From Vicugna vicugna (lineage: Eukaryota), in NCBI GenBank assembly GCA_013265495.1, contig MU061579.1:1919319-1983318 (forward strand): 64,000 nt of DNA. The letters run 5' to 3'. The notes below the pieces were generated by a model, which was not told where the DNA came from, did not search any database, and was given only the letters and a program-made list of their open reading frames with translations. Shown here in pieces: positions 37,590 through 50,833 of the stretch. Within the stretch, counting starts at the first letter, position 1. Every line of letters begins with the position of its first letter. Made by a program: the position numbers and the translations under genes.

Positions 37590-38061
37590 CAGATCTCAGA
37601 CTTATGATGGGGTTACATCTAAAAAAAAAAACTCATCACAAGTTGAAGATATCATAAGTCAAAAATGTATTTAAAACCCCAACCTACGGAACATCATAGC
37701 TTAGACTAGTTTACATTAAGTGTACTCAGAATACTTACATTAGCCTGTGGTGAGACAAAATCCTTTTACAATAAAGTGTTGAACATCTCGTGTAATTTAT
37801 TGAATCCTGCACTGAAAGTGAAAAACAGAATAGTTGTATGGGTACAGAATGGTTTCACTCTCGATCGCTTAGATGACTGGGAGCTGCAACTTGCTACCCA
37901 AGCCCAGCATCCCCGGGGGTATCACACCACACATTGCTAGTCTGGGAAAAGGTCAAAATTCAAATTTTGTTGTACGGTTTCTACTGAATATCTATTGCTT
38001 TCACACCATCGTAAAGACAAAAAAATGTAAGTCACACCATCGTTAAGTCAAGGACGATGTG
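37590..38061. mobile_element. TcMar-Tigger MITE (Tigger5/MER47 family)
   Basis: Inverted termini 'gacttatgatgg' and 'ccatcgttaagtc'; internal 'ctgaaagtgaaaaacagaatagttgtatgggtac'. Confidence 0.88.
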
Positions 38062-38100
38062 CATTTCTATTCACAAAACTTAGAAAACTATGGAGCTTAA

Positions 38101-38250
38101 AACTGGTTCTCAACCCTGGCTGTATAGAGGGATCATGTAAAGATATCAGGGCTCTATACTAGTTCAATTAAATCAGGAACTCTAAAGATGAGGCTCAAAT
38201 AGCAGAACCCCCCAGATGATTTCAGTGTGTAGTCAGTTTGAGAACCACTG
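38101..38250. mobile_element. MER5-like hAT-Charlie MITE
   Basis: Terminal inverted repeats 'tggttctcaa' and 'ttgagaacca'. Confidence 0.8.
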
Positions 38251-38564
38251 GGCTGCAGAACGGATGAAAAGGATGCTTTCTAACAAGTGGCACATTGTTT
38301 ATGTTCATGAGCTTAAACTACAAAGACAACTGAAACACATGCAGGGCTTAAAGTCTAATTTTCACTGGGACTAGGCCCTGTACTTTTTCGTCTTTAAGTT
38401 TAGCTTTTCATTTATTCCTTCACTTGCTGTAGATATACTGAAAATCTACAGCATCAACCTAACTCTGCTAACTGTGAAGCTCTCATTTCTCCCTCATTTC
38501 ACTTCTTCCCTGTCTTGTCTAATACAAAAAAATTCTTGGTCAGAGACAGGTCACAAGAAAAAAT

Positions 38565-39586
38565 GAATCCTTACAAATTTTAAAATTATTTGTTCTAGTT
38601 CTGTGAAAAATGTCATTGGCACTTTGATAGGGATTGTATTGAATCTGTAGATAAACTTGGGTGGTGTGGTCATTTTAACAATATTGATTCTTCTAATCCA
38701 AGAACATGGGACATCTTTCCACCTGTTTGTGTTATCTTCAGTTTCTGTCATCAGTGTCTTACAGTCTTCCAAGTACAGATATTTTGCCTCCTTAGGTAGG
38801 TTTATTTCTAGATATTTTATTCTTTTTAACGTGATGGTAAATGGGATTGTTTCCTTAATTTCTCTTTCTGATAGTTCATTGTTAATGTATAAAAATTTAA
38901 CAAATTTATGTATATTAATTTTGTATCCTGAAACTTTAGTGAATTCATTGATAAGCTCTAGTAATTTTCTGGTGGTATCTTTAGGCTTTATTATGTGTAG
39001 TACCATGTCATCTGCAAACAATGGCTGTTTTATTTCTTCCTTTCCAATTTGGATTCCTTTTATTTATTTTTCTTCTCTGATTACTTTGTCTAGGACTTCC
39101 AAAACTATGTTGAATAAAAGTGGTGAGATAGGGTATTCTTGTCTTCTTTCAGACCTTAGTGAGAATGCTTTCATTTTTTTACTGTTGAGTATGGTGTTAG
39201 CTGTGGGTTTGTCATATATGGCCTTTATTAGGTTGAGGTCCATCCCCTATACACCCACTTTCTGGAGAGTTTTCATCATAAATAGATGTTGAATTTTATT
39301 AGAAGCTTTCTCTGCATCTATTGAGATGATCATATGGTTTTTATTCTTCAATCTGTTAATGTGGTGTAGCACACTGATTGATTTGCAGATACTGAAAAAT
39401 CCTTGCATCCCTGGGATAAATCCAACTTCATCATGGTGTATAATCCTTTTAATGTATTGCTGAAGTCAAATTGCTAGTATTTTGCTGAGAATTTCTGCAT
39501 CTATATTCAGTGATATTGGCCTGTAATTTTACATTTTTGTGACATCTTTGTCTGGTTTTGGTACCAGGGTGATACTGGCCTCATTC
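38565..39586 (-). pseudogene. L1 ORF2 reverse-transcriptase fragment, inactivated
   Basis: Minus strand translates [38 protein letters not shown]...LLELINEFTKVSGYKIN...; FADD motif with an in-frame stop upstream. Confidence 0.96.
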
Positions 39587-40228
39587 AAAGATGATGGGAA
39601 AAGACAGAAAGGCAGAAACAGAGAAAGAGGGGAGAGGGAGAAGAAGACAATGTGGAGGAGCATAAACAATCAGCTTCAAAAACACATTTGAAAATATAAG
39701 AATATAAGAACAATACACAACTTTGTCAGTCTTTCTTATATGTTGAAGGTTCTTCCATTGCTAGAATAGAAAACATGTTTTAAAAAAAACATTTCAGCTT
39801 ACACAGTAGAAACACAAGCAAAGATACAGTAGTTTTTATGGGTTATTAGTGATAACTAGAAAAAATAATGCATTTAATAACATAAAAGATAGGTTCTCAT
39901 TTTCATACTTTCTTCCTTCTTGTATTATTTATGTTAGATCATAGGTTTACAATCCAATAATAAAACAACTAGAAGGGAGAAAAGGGAAAAGACATATCTG
40001 CTATATAATAAATTGTATTAAAAAGAAAAAAGATGAGTATCTTTTTTTCATTAAATCAATTTTCACCATAAAGCAACAGTATTTAACTTTCTTAAAGTAT
40101 GAGTAAGTTTGCTATCACTGCCTTTGCATGGAAATTTATATTGATGTCTTCTTCACAAGGTCAGTGTTATTATTCCTACTCAAATTTAATAACCTGAAAA
40201 TGAAAAAAAAATTATCACCAACCAGAAT

Positions 40229-40690
40229 TGTACAGAGAATATAAGTTGACTGCTCCACTCTCCTTTCTAAGAAATGCAAAATTAATTTCATTTAAGGTAG
40301 CAACATGCCCAGATAAAAGACTGAATCTCCTGTTTTCCTCCCAACTAGACGTGGTAAGGGAGATTTATGAGAAAGTTGTTGGACGGAGCCCCAAGGAAGA
40401 TTCATTGATGTAAGGACATGTGATATATGATATGGGGTTTTTTGATCTCTTGTCTCACTGGTATCCCCCACAGGGATAGGAAAGCTAGACTCTCATCAAG
40501 CATTTGGTCCATAAGACAGCACTAAGAATGAAACCACTCTAGAATGAAGATGGGGTAGATACAGATAATGTGAAGCAACAGTATCAGTCCCAGACTATCT
40601 GTACCCTGGCTTCATTAATAGAGACAGACATATATTATTACCTTAAGTCACTGCTATTTCCAGTGTATCATTTAGAAATTAATACATGAT
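40229..40690 (+). mobile_element. MLT1I/J-like MaLR LTR
   Basis: 'gcaacatgcccagataaaagactgaatctcc' through 'ttaagtcactgctatttcc'. Confidence 0.65.
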
Positions 40691-40974
40691 ACAAATTTTT
40701 AAGAGGAATGTAAATATACTGAATGCAAGGTTTATACCTAAAGTTTATAAAAGACAGATTTCTGTCCTTAAACAATTTAGAAACTAAATTTGTAAACAAT
40801 AGGGAAGAAAAAAATGTAGCAGGGATGATGGGTTAATATAGGTACATTCAATATAATGCTTTTTATCTAAGACACATACACTTCTGAGTCCTTTAAAATT
40901 TTTCTATTTTAGAAACCCATCATCTAGATTTAATCTTTAACAATATATTGAATTGTAAGATCAATTACAAACTT

Positions 40975-41142
40975 TGACAGTTTCTTCATCTTATTTCTAT
41001 ATATAGATCTAAGAATAAAAACATTTTCTTACATAACCACAATAACATCACCTCTGGAAATTTTAATAATTTTATAGCACTTTTCAATTACTCCATCCAT
41101 ATATAAATTTTCCCAAATGTTCCTCAATGGCTTTTTTATAGT
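40975..41142 (-). mobile_element. L1MC-like 3' UTR fragment
   Basis: 'ctaagaataaaaacattttcttacataaccacaata...aaattttcccaaatgttcc'. Confidence 0.65.
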
Positions 41143-41149
41143 GAGAAGA

Positions 41150-41450
41150 ACTCAGTATTGAAGTTGAGTATGAGCTGAGTGCCACGAGAGGAAAATGTTG
41201 GGTATGAAAGAACACATGGAGAAGAATCCAATGGAAGGAAGGGAACAGAATAGAGAGAGTGACTGGGGAATGCGAATGGGAGATGAACAAAGGAGTATGT
41301 TTATATGAAATCCGGGAAGTGAGCAAAGCACTGGAGAGTTTTGGGAAATGCAGATGGTATCTACAGCAGTCTGGTGGATGCAAATTTTATAAGACAACAA
41401 AGAGATGAAAAGAGTAGTTGAAAATAAGCTCTTTAAAACAGGGGCATCAA
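41150..41450 (-). mobile_element. L2 fragment
   Basis: Purine-rich antisense L2-like 'aatggaaggaagggaacag', 'gcactggagagttttggg'. Confidence 0.45.
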
Positions 41451-42496
41451 AATAATCAGCTCAGAGGGCATTTACTCAAGCAAACTACTTGGGTAACTTA
41501 CACTAGTCTCTATGTGTACCTCATAAATATTTTGATTTTTTCAGTTATATTTTGTATTTTTGCCATTTAGTCTAGGATCAGAAGTGTGTTAAAGGTAATT
41601 TGCCACAAATGAGTGAAAAAGGCCCAGCATAAGACGAACAATAGTAGAAGCACAATGGTAAATGGCACTCACATCACTCCTGCCTTGAGTTGACAGCAGA
41701 AAACAGGAGTTTTCACTCCTGCCTTCTACCTAAGCCTTCCTAACAGAGGCAGCTGCTGCTCAGAGTCATCTGATCTTTCCACTGTGGACGTGGAGAATCA
41801 AAGCACATCTTTTGGCTTTTTAAGTGAAGGCAGAAATCTCGATCTTGCTAAATGCAAAAATCTCATCATTATTCAAGACTGGCAATCAAAGCTCAGTTTA
41901 AAAGTGGTGCAGGCAAATAGTGTGTGTATTTGAAATGAAACAAGCACCTCTGTGGGCAGAACTGGCCTCTGTGCTGTAGCGTGTTACATTTCCTCTAACA
42001 AAGGTGACGAAGCAAAACTGCTCACTGGGTGCAAATTTATAAGATACTCTTCGAAAGTGTTAGGAAGTCACCTCAATTTACATAGTTCCCTCAATGAGTT
42101 TCCTTCCTGCTTCAGTTTCTCCTACCTGAGTAAGAAGATAGTCATTGTCTTGGATGACTGCCCCCTAAGTATACAAGATAAGAATGTAACTGATTCAGTG
42201 ACGTCTTGAACAAAGACCTTTCTGGTGGGCAGCCTCCTTTAAAGAAAAGAAAATACGAAAATTCTTCGAGTTATACTCCTATTTCAGAAAAGAATGAGCC
42301 AAATTTACATAGTTAACTGATCAGGGAGTATTTCATTCCTAATCTCTGGCAGAAGAGTTAGATCCAATCTAATCACATTATTAAAGAACAGTACTTAGAT
42401 TTCAACATTTTCATTGTAGCAGGTTGAAATTTTTACTAAGGACTAAATCCAATCCTGAGAAGAAAAACATAATTTACTTTAAATTTTGTATATATC

Positions 42497-42905
42497 TTAT
42501 ACATGGCATCCTGCAAAAAGCAAAACTATAGCGACAGTACAAAGATCAGTGGTTGCCAGGGATGAGTGGAGAGGGAGAAACAAATAGGGTAGAGCAGAAA
42601 GGATTTTAAAGCAGTGAAACTTCTCGGTGCGATAATACAATGGTGGACACATATTATAAGTCTGTCCACACCCTTAGAGTGTACAACACCAAGGGTGAAC
42701 CCTAATGTAAACCAAGGACTGTGGGTGATTATGATCTGTCAAGGAAGGTTGATCTGTTGTAACAAATGTACCATTCTGGTAGGACCTGATGATGATGGAT
42801 GAGCTATGCATATGTGGGAGAAAGGAGTTTGTGGGAAATATTTACACCTTCCTCTCAATTTTGCTGTAAACCTGAAACTGCTCTAAAAACAGAAAGCCTT
42901 TAAAA
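42497..42905 (+). mobile_element. L1MC1-like 3' UTR
   Basis: 'aagatcagtggttgccaggg...tgtacaacaccaagggtgaaccctaatgtaaac...caattttgctgtaaacctgaaactgctctaaaaa'. Confidence 0.88.
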
Positions 42906-43643
42906 AGAGGAAGAAAAACATCACATTTTAAAATTCTAAATAAGTGGGTCCTGTTTGGCCAATACCATGAGATTTTGTCCTCCCTTTGATATTTGAACCA
43001 GCAGTGTGTGTGAAGATCAAGCACATGGAGAATAAGGGGAAATACATCACTGGATATACTACTAGAAGAAAATGCATCTTTAATGTGGTGAAAATTTTGT
43101 AAAATCCACCAGTTATTGCTACACTGTTTCTTGGAGAGAATGTGGCAAGACAAAAAATATCTCCAGAAGAGATAGCCTTTAACACAACAAAAAACTATTA
43201 CTGACATCAAGCTACGTATATTATCATAAAACAATGTCAGTTTCCAGTTTGAGCGTTAGTATTGGAAGGCATTGGTGTGGAATCAGCAAAACACAGCAAA
43301 GCATAAGGAAAGGAGAGATAATATAATCAGGATGAAATTTATGAATCAATTCTTCAGAAAAATGGAAATATATGTACATAAATAAAAACTTTTGTGTACA
43401 ATTAGGGTAGTTACAAAAAAAATAAAGAAATCGCTCAGACAGACTTCCTGGGCTTGCGTGAATCTCCAGTGAAGAACCTCTAGGTTAGAAGAGATAATTT
43501 TGGACAGGATGAATAGGAACAAAGGCCCAAAACCACAAATTTGAGACAGAAGTCTGGAAGCAATTATGCAGACCAAAACTGGGGAAAGTCCTCATCTTAA
43601 AAACAAATACATGAATCTGAATTATGTAGAAAATCAGAGTGTA

Positions 43644-43978
43644 CAGTGGACCCTCCATTAACACAGGTTCCTCATCCATGAATTTTAAAAACTGTGCATC
43701 AAAACATTCAGGAAAAACGTTTCAAAAAGCAAAACTTATATTTGGGATGCACTGGCAACTGTTTACATTACATTTACATTGTATTTACAACTATTTATAT
43801 AGCATTCACATTGTATTAGGAATTATAAGCAATCTAAAGATGATTTAGAGCATACAGGAGGATGTGCATATATTATATGCAAATACAATGCTGTTTTATA
43901 TATACAAGAGCATCTATGAATTTTGGTATCCATGGGGGTCTTGGAACCAAACTCTTTCAGATACCAGGGGATTACTTA
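43644..43978. mobile_element. MER2/MER2B-like TcMar-Tigger MITE
   Basis: 'tacagtggaccctcc...cattgtattaggaattataagcaatctaaagatgattta...ttttggtatccatgggggtcttggaaccaa'. Confidence 0.88.
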
Positions 43979-44377
43979 CGTATTAATTTCAAAGTATTTA
44001 GTTAATGCCCATATGTATCACACCTTTCAATACATGCTAAAGATCTAACATGAAGACAAAAATCCATGCCACCAAAAAATTCACAATTTGGGATGGTCTA
44101 TTTGTCAAGATCAAGCTAGGTTCAGATCAGTAACAGACAGACAGACAGTAATTAAAATATGTATATTCAGCAGATTAGAGCAATGGGCCAAGGAAGGCTG
44201 AATGTTCAAGAAGATATTCAGGCACCAAGACCAGAGTGTAGAATGAAGAATACAACAAAACTTATTGCACATACAAGAATTATCAGAATAGGTGCAAGAA
44301 TTACAGGAAGCTGGATCGCAAGAATGACGCCACTAGTGTCAAAATCCTTTGTTCATAGAATCAGATTCCCCAAATTG

Positions 44378-44475
44378 TAGAATGGGTAGAAGTTTAGAAT
44401 TCATCCAAAATAACTGTGCTCCCATTCGAGGGGTCCTTCTACATTATCTCTGACAGATGGTTAACTTCAACAGTT
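44378..44475 (-). mobile_element. L3/CR1 3' fragment
   Basis: 'tccttctacattatctctgacagatggtta' resembles the antisense L3 end. Confidence 0.4.
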
Positions 44476-44489
44476 CCACCAATATTTTC

Positions 44490-46110
44490 TAAATGTTTAT
44501 GTGTAGGTAAGAAAGCTATTGTTTTTTATATCTTAATCTTGTAAATAGCTCCCTTATTGAATTTGTCTGTTGTTTCTGAGGATTTTTTTCAGCTTTCTCA
44601 TGTTTTCCAGGTATAAAACTAATAACATCTGCAAATAACGATAAGTTAGATGCTTTCCTTCCCATGTTTATAGCAATTAGGTGTTTCTCTTACCTAATTG
44701 CATTGTCAAGTTCTGCCAGGAAGTGTTTATAAATAGTGGCAATATTGGGCATTGGTAATTGGTAATGGTAATGACCTAGTATTTCACATGTAAGCATAAT
44801 TGTGGCTTTGAGTGTGTGTGTGTGTGTGTGTATTTCAAAAAGACTTTTTATCAGAAATGGATATTAATTTTTATCAACTGCTTTGTAAGCATCCCTAGAG
44901 ATTTTTTAATGTCATTTCTCCTTTGATCAATTTTGTTGATAAACTTAAAATAGTAAATTTCTAATAATAAACTCTACGTCTTATTACTACAATCAATCCC
45001 ACATATCTTTTCCTATAGTGTTTCAGATTTTTATTTGCTAATATTTTAAAATACTTTAGCATTTTTCAAGGGTAAGGCTAGCATATGGTACTTTTCATTT
45101 GCATATCATAGTGGAATTTGATACAATGATACAACACTTGCTTCTGTAAAAATGATTTGTAGTTTTCCCTATTCTCAAGTCCTAAACAGTTTAAGTAGCA
45201 ATGGGATCTTTTATTTCTGAAAGATTTGAAAGAAGTCATAGCGGGGCAGAAAGCTCAGGGCACTTTGTGTTCTAATTTTCTTCCAGAATGTTTGGTCAGT
45301 TAACTATTCCAGTATTTTTGGAGTCCATTCTTGAAATTATATTTGATATAAAATATTTCATTTTCTTTAGTTTTTCACAGAGTTTAGAGCTTATCATTTT
45401 TTTTCATATATAATTTAATACCACTTTCCCCCTTATTTTTTCTTGATAGGCTTAGCTATTTTTCATTTTCAAAGAAGCAATGATATTTAAAATGTGATTG
45501 TTGTTTTTTCAATTCACTAACCACTGTTTTTACCTTCAATATGCTCTTTCTGCAGGTTCCTTTGATTTGTTTTGTTGATCATTTTTGTAATTCTTTTAAT
45601 TGATTTGATAATTCAATCAACTAAATTATTTCTTTTATTAATATAAATATTTCAGCTATGGATATCCCTCTGAGGGTTGTTTTACTTAGTTTTCAAAGTT
45701 TTAGATATGACATGTTTATTATTATTTACAAACTATATGGCAATTTAGAATTTCTTTTTATTTTTTGCTAGAAAATAATCATTAAGGGTAGTTCATGTTT
45801 TTTAATGTTCATTTTTCTGATGTTCTTGTTGTCTAGGTTTCTTAAAAAGATTTGGTTATTAAAATCTCTATTGTACTGAAGCTTTATAAAGTTCCATGAA
45901 CCCTTGAAAACAAAGTTCACTCCAGTTTTCAGGATGCAAATTCAATATGTCTTTTGGATTTATTCATTAATTACATAAAATATATATTTTATAGGGGTTT
46001 TTGGTCTACTTTAACTGTTATGTTTCTGTCTCTCTTTAAAACATTTTATTAATTATTGTAATAAATTACGATGTAAATTGTAATGAAAGTTAGAACCTTA
46101 TTGAGAATTA
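44490..46110 (-). mobile_element. Very old L1 (L1ME-like) ORF2 fragment with internal (GT)n
   Basis: 'ataacatctgcaaataa' (antisense LFAD), 'tttatcagaaatggatattaatttttatcaactgcttt'. Confidence 0.75.
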
Positions 46111-46473
46111 CACTCTTATAATGAGACATTTAGCACAAATTATACTTCCTTTATCTTTCCTCCATGTTCATTTTATTTTTCTTTCGCTAACACTGGACCT
46201 CCCTAATTTCTTCAACTCTGCCTTACATGAAAGTTTCCAGTCTTACTGTTCTGAATATTTTCCTCTGAATACAGTCTTATTTGGTAATGCTCTTCTAAAA
46301 TATGATGTTAAAAATTAAGTAGAATTCTGTATGTTATCTGACAATATGGATTATCACAGAATGTTTCCCCTCTTAACTTAGCCACCATGCTTTCACCAAG
46401 TCAGGCTAAGATTGCATACAGGCAGCTGAATCTCCTAGGTGGCTCCCAAAGAGCATGAATTCAACATGAATTC

Positions 46474-46991
46474 TGTAGGGAAAGGCAATTTCCTAAGCGC
46501 AGTTTTTGCATTTCCATTCGGCCACCTAAGAATGGGCCTGAGGCCAGAAACACTTCTTTACCAAGAGATAAAGAGACCTTACAGCTTGTGCTGAATTTAT
46601 CACCTTGCGTGGGAACAGCCTTCTCTGTTCAGATTCAACGTGCACTTTGTTTTGCTTAAGCATGTGCATCGTATGGCACCTGGCCAACCCCACTACTATT
46701 ATCTATCCTCTGCCAGGAGGGGATCAGATCCTTCTGCTGCAGCAGTAGAGGGGCTCCTATAGGTTAACTGCCCTGTGTTCACTGCTGGGAGGGACCTGGT
46801 GGCCAAGGGGGCCAACACCCACTAATGAAGTTAATCTTGCTCTGTTTCTTCTCTATGTGAGTAAATCATTGTTCTGCCCAATGCTTGACTTCACTGTGTT
46901 TTCTTTGGCAACTCCAGTATCAAAACACAGTGGACAGAAGTGTTCAGACTACTACTCCTGATAATAAGCAATAGATGCCACTTGCCTGACA
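46474..46991 (+). mobile_element. Complete ERVL-class solo LTR (MER70/MER76-like) with 5-bp TSD
   Basis: TG...CA termini flanked by AATTC at 46469-46473 and 46992-46996; variant polyA signal AGTAAA near 46860. Confidence 0.85.
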
Positions 46992-47919
46992 AATTCTCTA
47001 ACACCTATTACATTATATTGCTGGTTCCATGGACTTTTCCGTGTACGTTTCCTTACATATATTAGGTACTCCAGTCATTGAACAAAAGAATATGTGAATG
47101 AACACAGAAGGGACAGATTACAAAATTTACATAATTGAGGTTTTCTACAAAGGGCAGTATTTATTAATTTTATGTCTGAAGAAAAAAAATTCATTTGAAA
47201 TTTACTTCAATTAAGTCAATGAATGTCATTCTTGAAAGTTATGTGTTTATAATTGCAGTCGCTTACTATAATTATGCAACACTTGCTTTGAGAAAGGACA
47301 AGCAGTTTTGAACTCTGTAGCAAATGATATCTGATGTAATGTAAGCAATTTACAACTGGGTAACTCTTTAATAGTCTAAGAGCTATAATAAATACTTCAA
47401 GTAATGTTTTACCAGTACAGAAATAATTGTCTAATTAGTAATGCACCACTACAAAATGACAAGAGCTTTATAAAAAAGAATTATGTGCTCCACAATTTGT
47501 AGGATAAATTCTGGGGGTTAGAGGAAAGGAAAAGTGATATTATTAATACAGAACTTCTACTAAGTAATACATTTAAAATTTTAAATATACTTTAAAATAT
47601 GTAGAACTGATTATGTGGTACTACTGTCTTTAAATGTTAATGAAAACACAAAGATTTGATTTTTAATTTAGTTGTAAAGCCTACGATTAAACACATATAC
47701 AATCTCCACTTACTACTTTTTTGGAATCACATATCTTTAAGCCAAAAGTGATTATCACAATGTATTTGGTTGAATTATGAACATATATTATTACTCTTAA
47801 ATGGCCATTGACAGGAGGAATCCAAGGATGAAAAGTACTACAACAAATTGTTTTTCTATCTTGCTACTATGATTTATTGTCAAGGACTCTTCATCACTTT
47901 CTGAAATTTTAATATTTGT

Positions 47920-48070
47920 TATTTTAATTGGCTCATTTCTCCCACAATAAAACAGATCATGTTTTCACCACGTGGGATCGTGTTTTCATCACTATTCTAT
48001 CCTTAATAAGTAGATGGACCCTTGACACTTAGAAGAACTCAAAAAATGCTGTCCCATGCAAGTATGAATA
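47920..48070 (+). mobile_element. L2 3' end
   Basis: 'gggatcgtgttttcatcactattctatcc...gaactcaaaaaatgctg'. Confidence 0.5.
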
Positions 48071-48149
48071 CATAATCACATCAGTTGATTGCTTTTATCC
48101 CTGGTAACTTAGCTGACTACATGTTCAGAGACCTTAGGGAATCCTTTTG

Positions 48150-48270
48150 GCTAGGATGGTTGGAGAAGTCATCCCTAAAAAGATGATCCTTGAGTAAATC
48201 AGAGAAAAAAGAAGGAGCTAGCAATACAAAGATCTGAGTCAACAGAATTCCAAGCAAAAAGATGTAAAAG
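48150..48270 (-). mobile_element. L2 fragment
   Basis: 'ggatggttggagaagtcatccctaaaaagatgatccttgag...agaaggagctagc'. Confidence 0.55.
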
Positions 48271-48790
48271 TACTGTCTTTGTAATTAGCTCAGTGTGCCT
48301 TATTTTCCCATTACAGTGCCAAAGCCAAATACAAAATTAATTGTATAACATGGTTCCCGACAAAAAGAAATTTCAAGTTTGTAAGGAGATGGAGTATCAT
48401 ACGAATAAAGCAGATTTTTTAAAAAATTCATAGATGTGTGTGATACATTCTGAATGCTCTTTTGTAAGTATAATTACTGTCTTAATAGTTATCTTCTATT
48501 CCTAGTTTCCAACAATTTCTTATGAATGGGTCCTGAATTGTATCAGTTTATTTTTCTGAATATATTGAAAGAATTGTATCATTTTATTATTATTAACATA
48601 CTGAACTGCACTGATAAATTTTCAAATAGCAAGTAATTCTGGAATTTCTTAATACTACCTTCTTGGTTCTTGATATAACAGCCTCTTAAAATCACTGAGT
48701 TTTGTTGCCTGATATTTGCTTAGGATTTTTGCTTCTAAGTTTGTGAATGAGATTGGTTTGTACTTTTATTACCATGACCTTGTCAAGTTT

Positions 48791-49812
48791 ATTTTTTAGC
48801 TGAAACATATTTGATTTACAATGTTGTGTTATTTTCAGTTGTACAGCAAAATGATTCAGGGGTGTTTGTGTGTGTGTGTATTCTTTTCTAGATCCTTTTC
48901 CATTATAGGTTATTACAAGATACTGATACAGTTCCTTGTGCTGTACAGTAGTAGGTCTTTGTCACTTAGCTATTCTGTGTGTGTGTATAAATATATTTAT
49001 ATATGATTGCTTACATATATATATATCTATATATATATATACACATATATATAGCATCTGTTAATCTCAAACTCCTAATTTATTCCTCCTCTGCTTTTAT
49101 TTCCCCTTTGGTAACCAAAACGCTGTTTTCTATGTCTGTGAGTTGATTTCTGCTTTGTAAAAAAGTTCATCCGTATCATTATTGTAGATTCCACATATAA
49201 ATGATATATTTGCTTTTGACTTACTTCGCTTAGTATGATAATCTCTAGTTCCATCCATTTTGCTGCAAGTGGCATTTTTATTCTTTTCTATGGTTAAATA
49301 TATATACACATACACACACCATATCTTTATTCATTCCTCCGTTGATGGACACTTCAGTTGTTTCCACGTCTTGACTATTGTAAATAGTGCTGCTATGAAC
49401 ACTGGGGAGCGTGTATCTTTTCCAGTTAGTTTCCCCCTGATAACATGCCCAGGAATGGGACTGCTGGATCACATGGCAAGTCTATTTTTAGTTTCTAGGG
49501 AGCCTCCACACTTTCTCCTTACTGGTTGCACCAATTTACATTACCACCAACAATGTAGGTGGATCCCCTTTTCTCCACACCCTCTCCAGTATTTACTACT
49601 TGTAAACTTTTTGATGATGGCCATTCTGACTGGTGTGAGGTGATACCTCACTGGAGTTTTGATTTGCATTTCTCTAATAATTGGCGATGTTGAGCATCTT
49701 TTCATGTGTCTGTTGGCCATCTGTATGTACACCTTCTTTGGGAAATGTCTATTTAGGTCTTCTGCCCATTTTTCTGATTGGGTTGTTTTTCTCTTTTTGG
49801 ATATTGAGCTGT
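48791..49812 (-). mobile_element. Artiodactyl-type L1 3' end: ORF2 Cys-rich C-terminus and 3' UTR
   Basis: ORF 49541-49732 [20 protein letters not shown]...[12 protein letters not shown] and ORF 49075-49275 ..[18 protein letters not shown] are L1 ORF2 C-terminal motifs, frameshifted. Confidence 0.95.
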
Positions 49813-50756
49813 GGGTTCAGGTTTCAGGCATTTGCCAGTTTTATTGGTCTTTACAAAGAACTAACTTCTTCCTTAGTTAGTCACCTCTATCATAGGCTAA
49901 TTTTACATTTTCATAATATCTGTTCATTTCTGTATTGTTTTATACCTTTTGCTATCTTTGGGTATGATTTATTGATTTTTTCTAACTTTATTTAGTATAG
50001 TCTTAGATCACTGATGTTGACTTTCTTCTTTTTAATTTATGAATTTGCAGCTCTTAATTTTCTCTTCGTGATATATAGCTGCATCCTCCAACTTTTGATA
50101 TGTCAAATTTACTCATTCACATTGTGATGTCTGCTTTAAAACTAAAAGTTATGAGAAATGTGTTACAGTAATTCAAATCATCTGTGGGATTTCTACCTTT
50201 CTTTTTGTCGTGATTCCCATCATAATTCTGCTGGTTCTGAAACATATTCTCTATGATTTCACTCATTTGAAATTGTTCATACTTGCTTTATGCATCAGCA
50301 TATGTTCAATTTCAGTAAATTATCTTTGAGCAATCTAAAGAGATCTTTATTCTTCATTTGTCGGGCACAGTGTTGTTTATATGATAATCAGGGCATGTTT
50401 GTTAACTTCATTTTTGTTAAACTTTTCTATATATTTTCTAATTTTCAGTCTACTTGTTCTATCTGTATTTGGAATTATCTGAAAATCTCCAAATATAATT
50501 GCGATGCATTTATTTACCTTTGTAGCTCTTGGTTTCATATATGAGGAATCATGTTAATGGGTCCTTAAAATTTAGAATTGCTATACGCTTCTCCTATCCC
50601 TAAACTTTTAACATTATGAAACATCACTCTTTAAATATTTTCCCTTATTCAAATATTAAAAAATTTTCCAACTTTCTTCTTTCTTTTAGATAGGATAATG
50701 GGAAATACATATGTCATGCAAATGCTAACTTTTATTTTTCTAAGCATGTTTCTTTT

Positions 50757-50833
50757 TTTACTGACGTATAGTCAGTTACTATGTGTCAGTTTCTGGTGTT
50801 CAGCACAATGTCCCAGTCATGCATATACATACA
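50757..50833 (-). mobile_element. Very short camelid L1 3'-end insertion with TSD
   Basis: 'gtatagtcagttactatgtgtcagtttctggtgttcagcacaatgtcccagtcatgcatatacatac'; TSD taa(g/a)catgt(t/c)tctttt at 50741-50756 and 50834-50849. Confidence 0.85.

Noticed and set aside
38551..39021. RT ORF as a novel retron, DGR or domesticated RT
   Set aside because: The sequence is ordinary L1 ORF2 with an in-frame stop just upstream of FADD, and no accessory RNA or partner gene is visible.
38657..39292. 211-aa hydrophobic plus-strand ORF resembling a membrane protein
   Set aside because: It is the antisense shadow of L1 ORF2, a known artefact of A-rich L1 coding sequence.
41675..41725. Direct repeat cactcctgcctt with a 7-bp hairpin caggagt-tttc-actcctg
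   Set aside because: Too short to separate from chance or a small local duplication.
49260..49643. 127-aa plus-strand ORF
   Set aside because: Antisense reading of the L1 ORF2 C-terminus.
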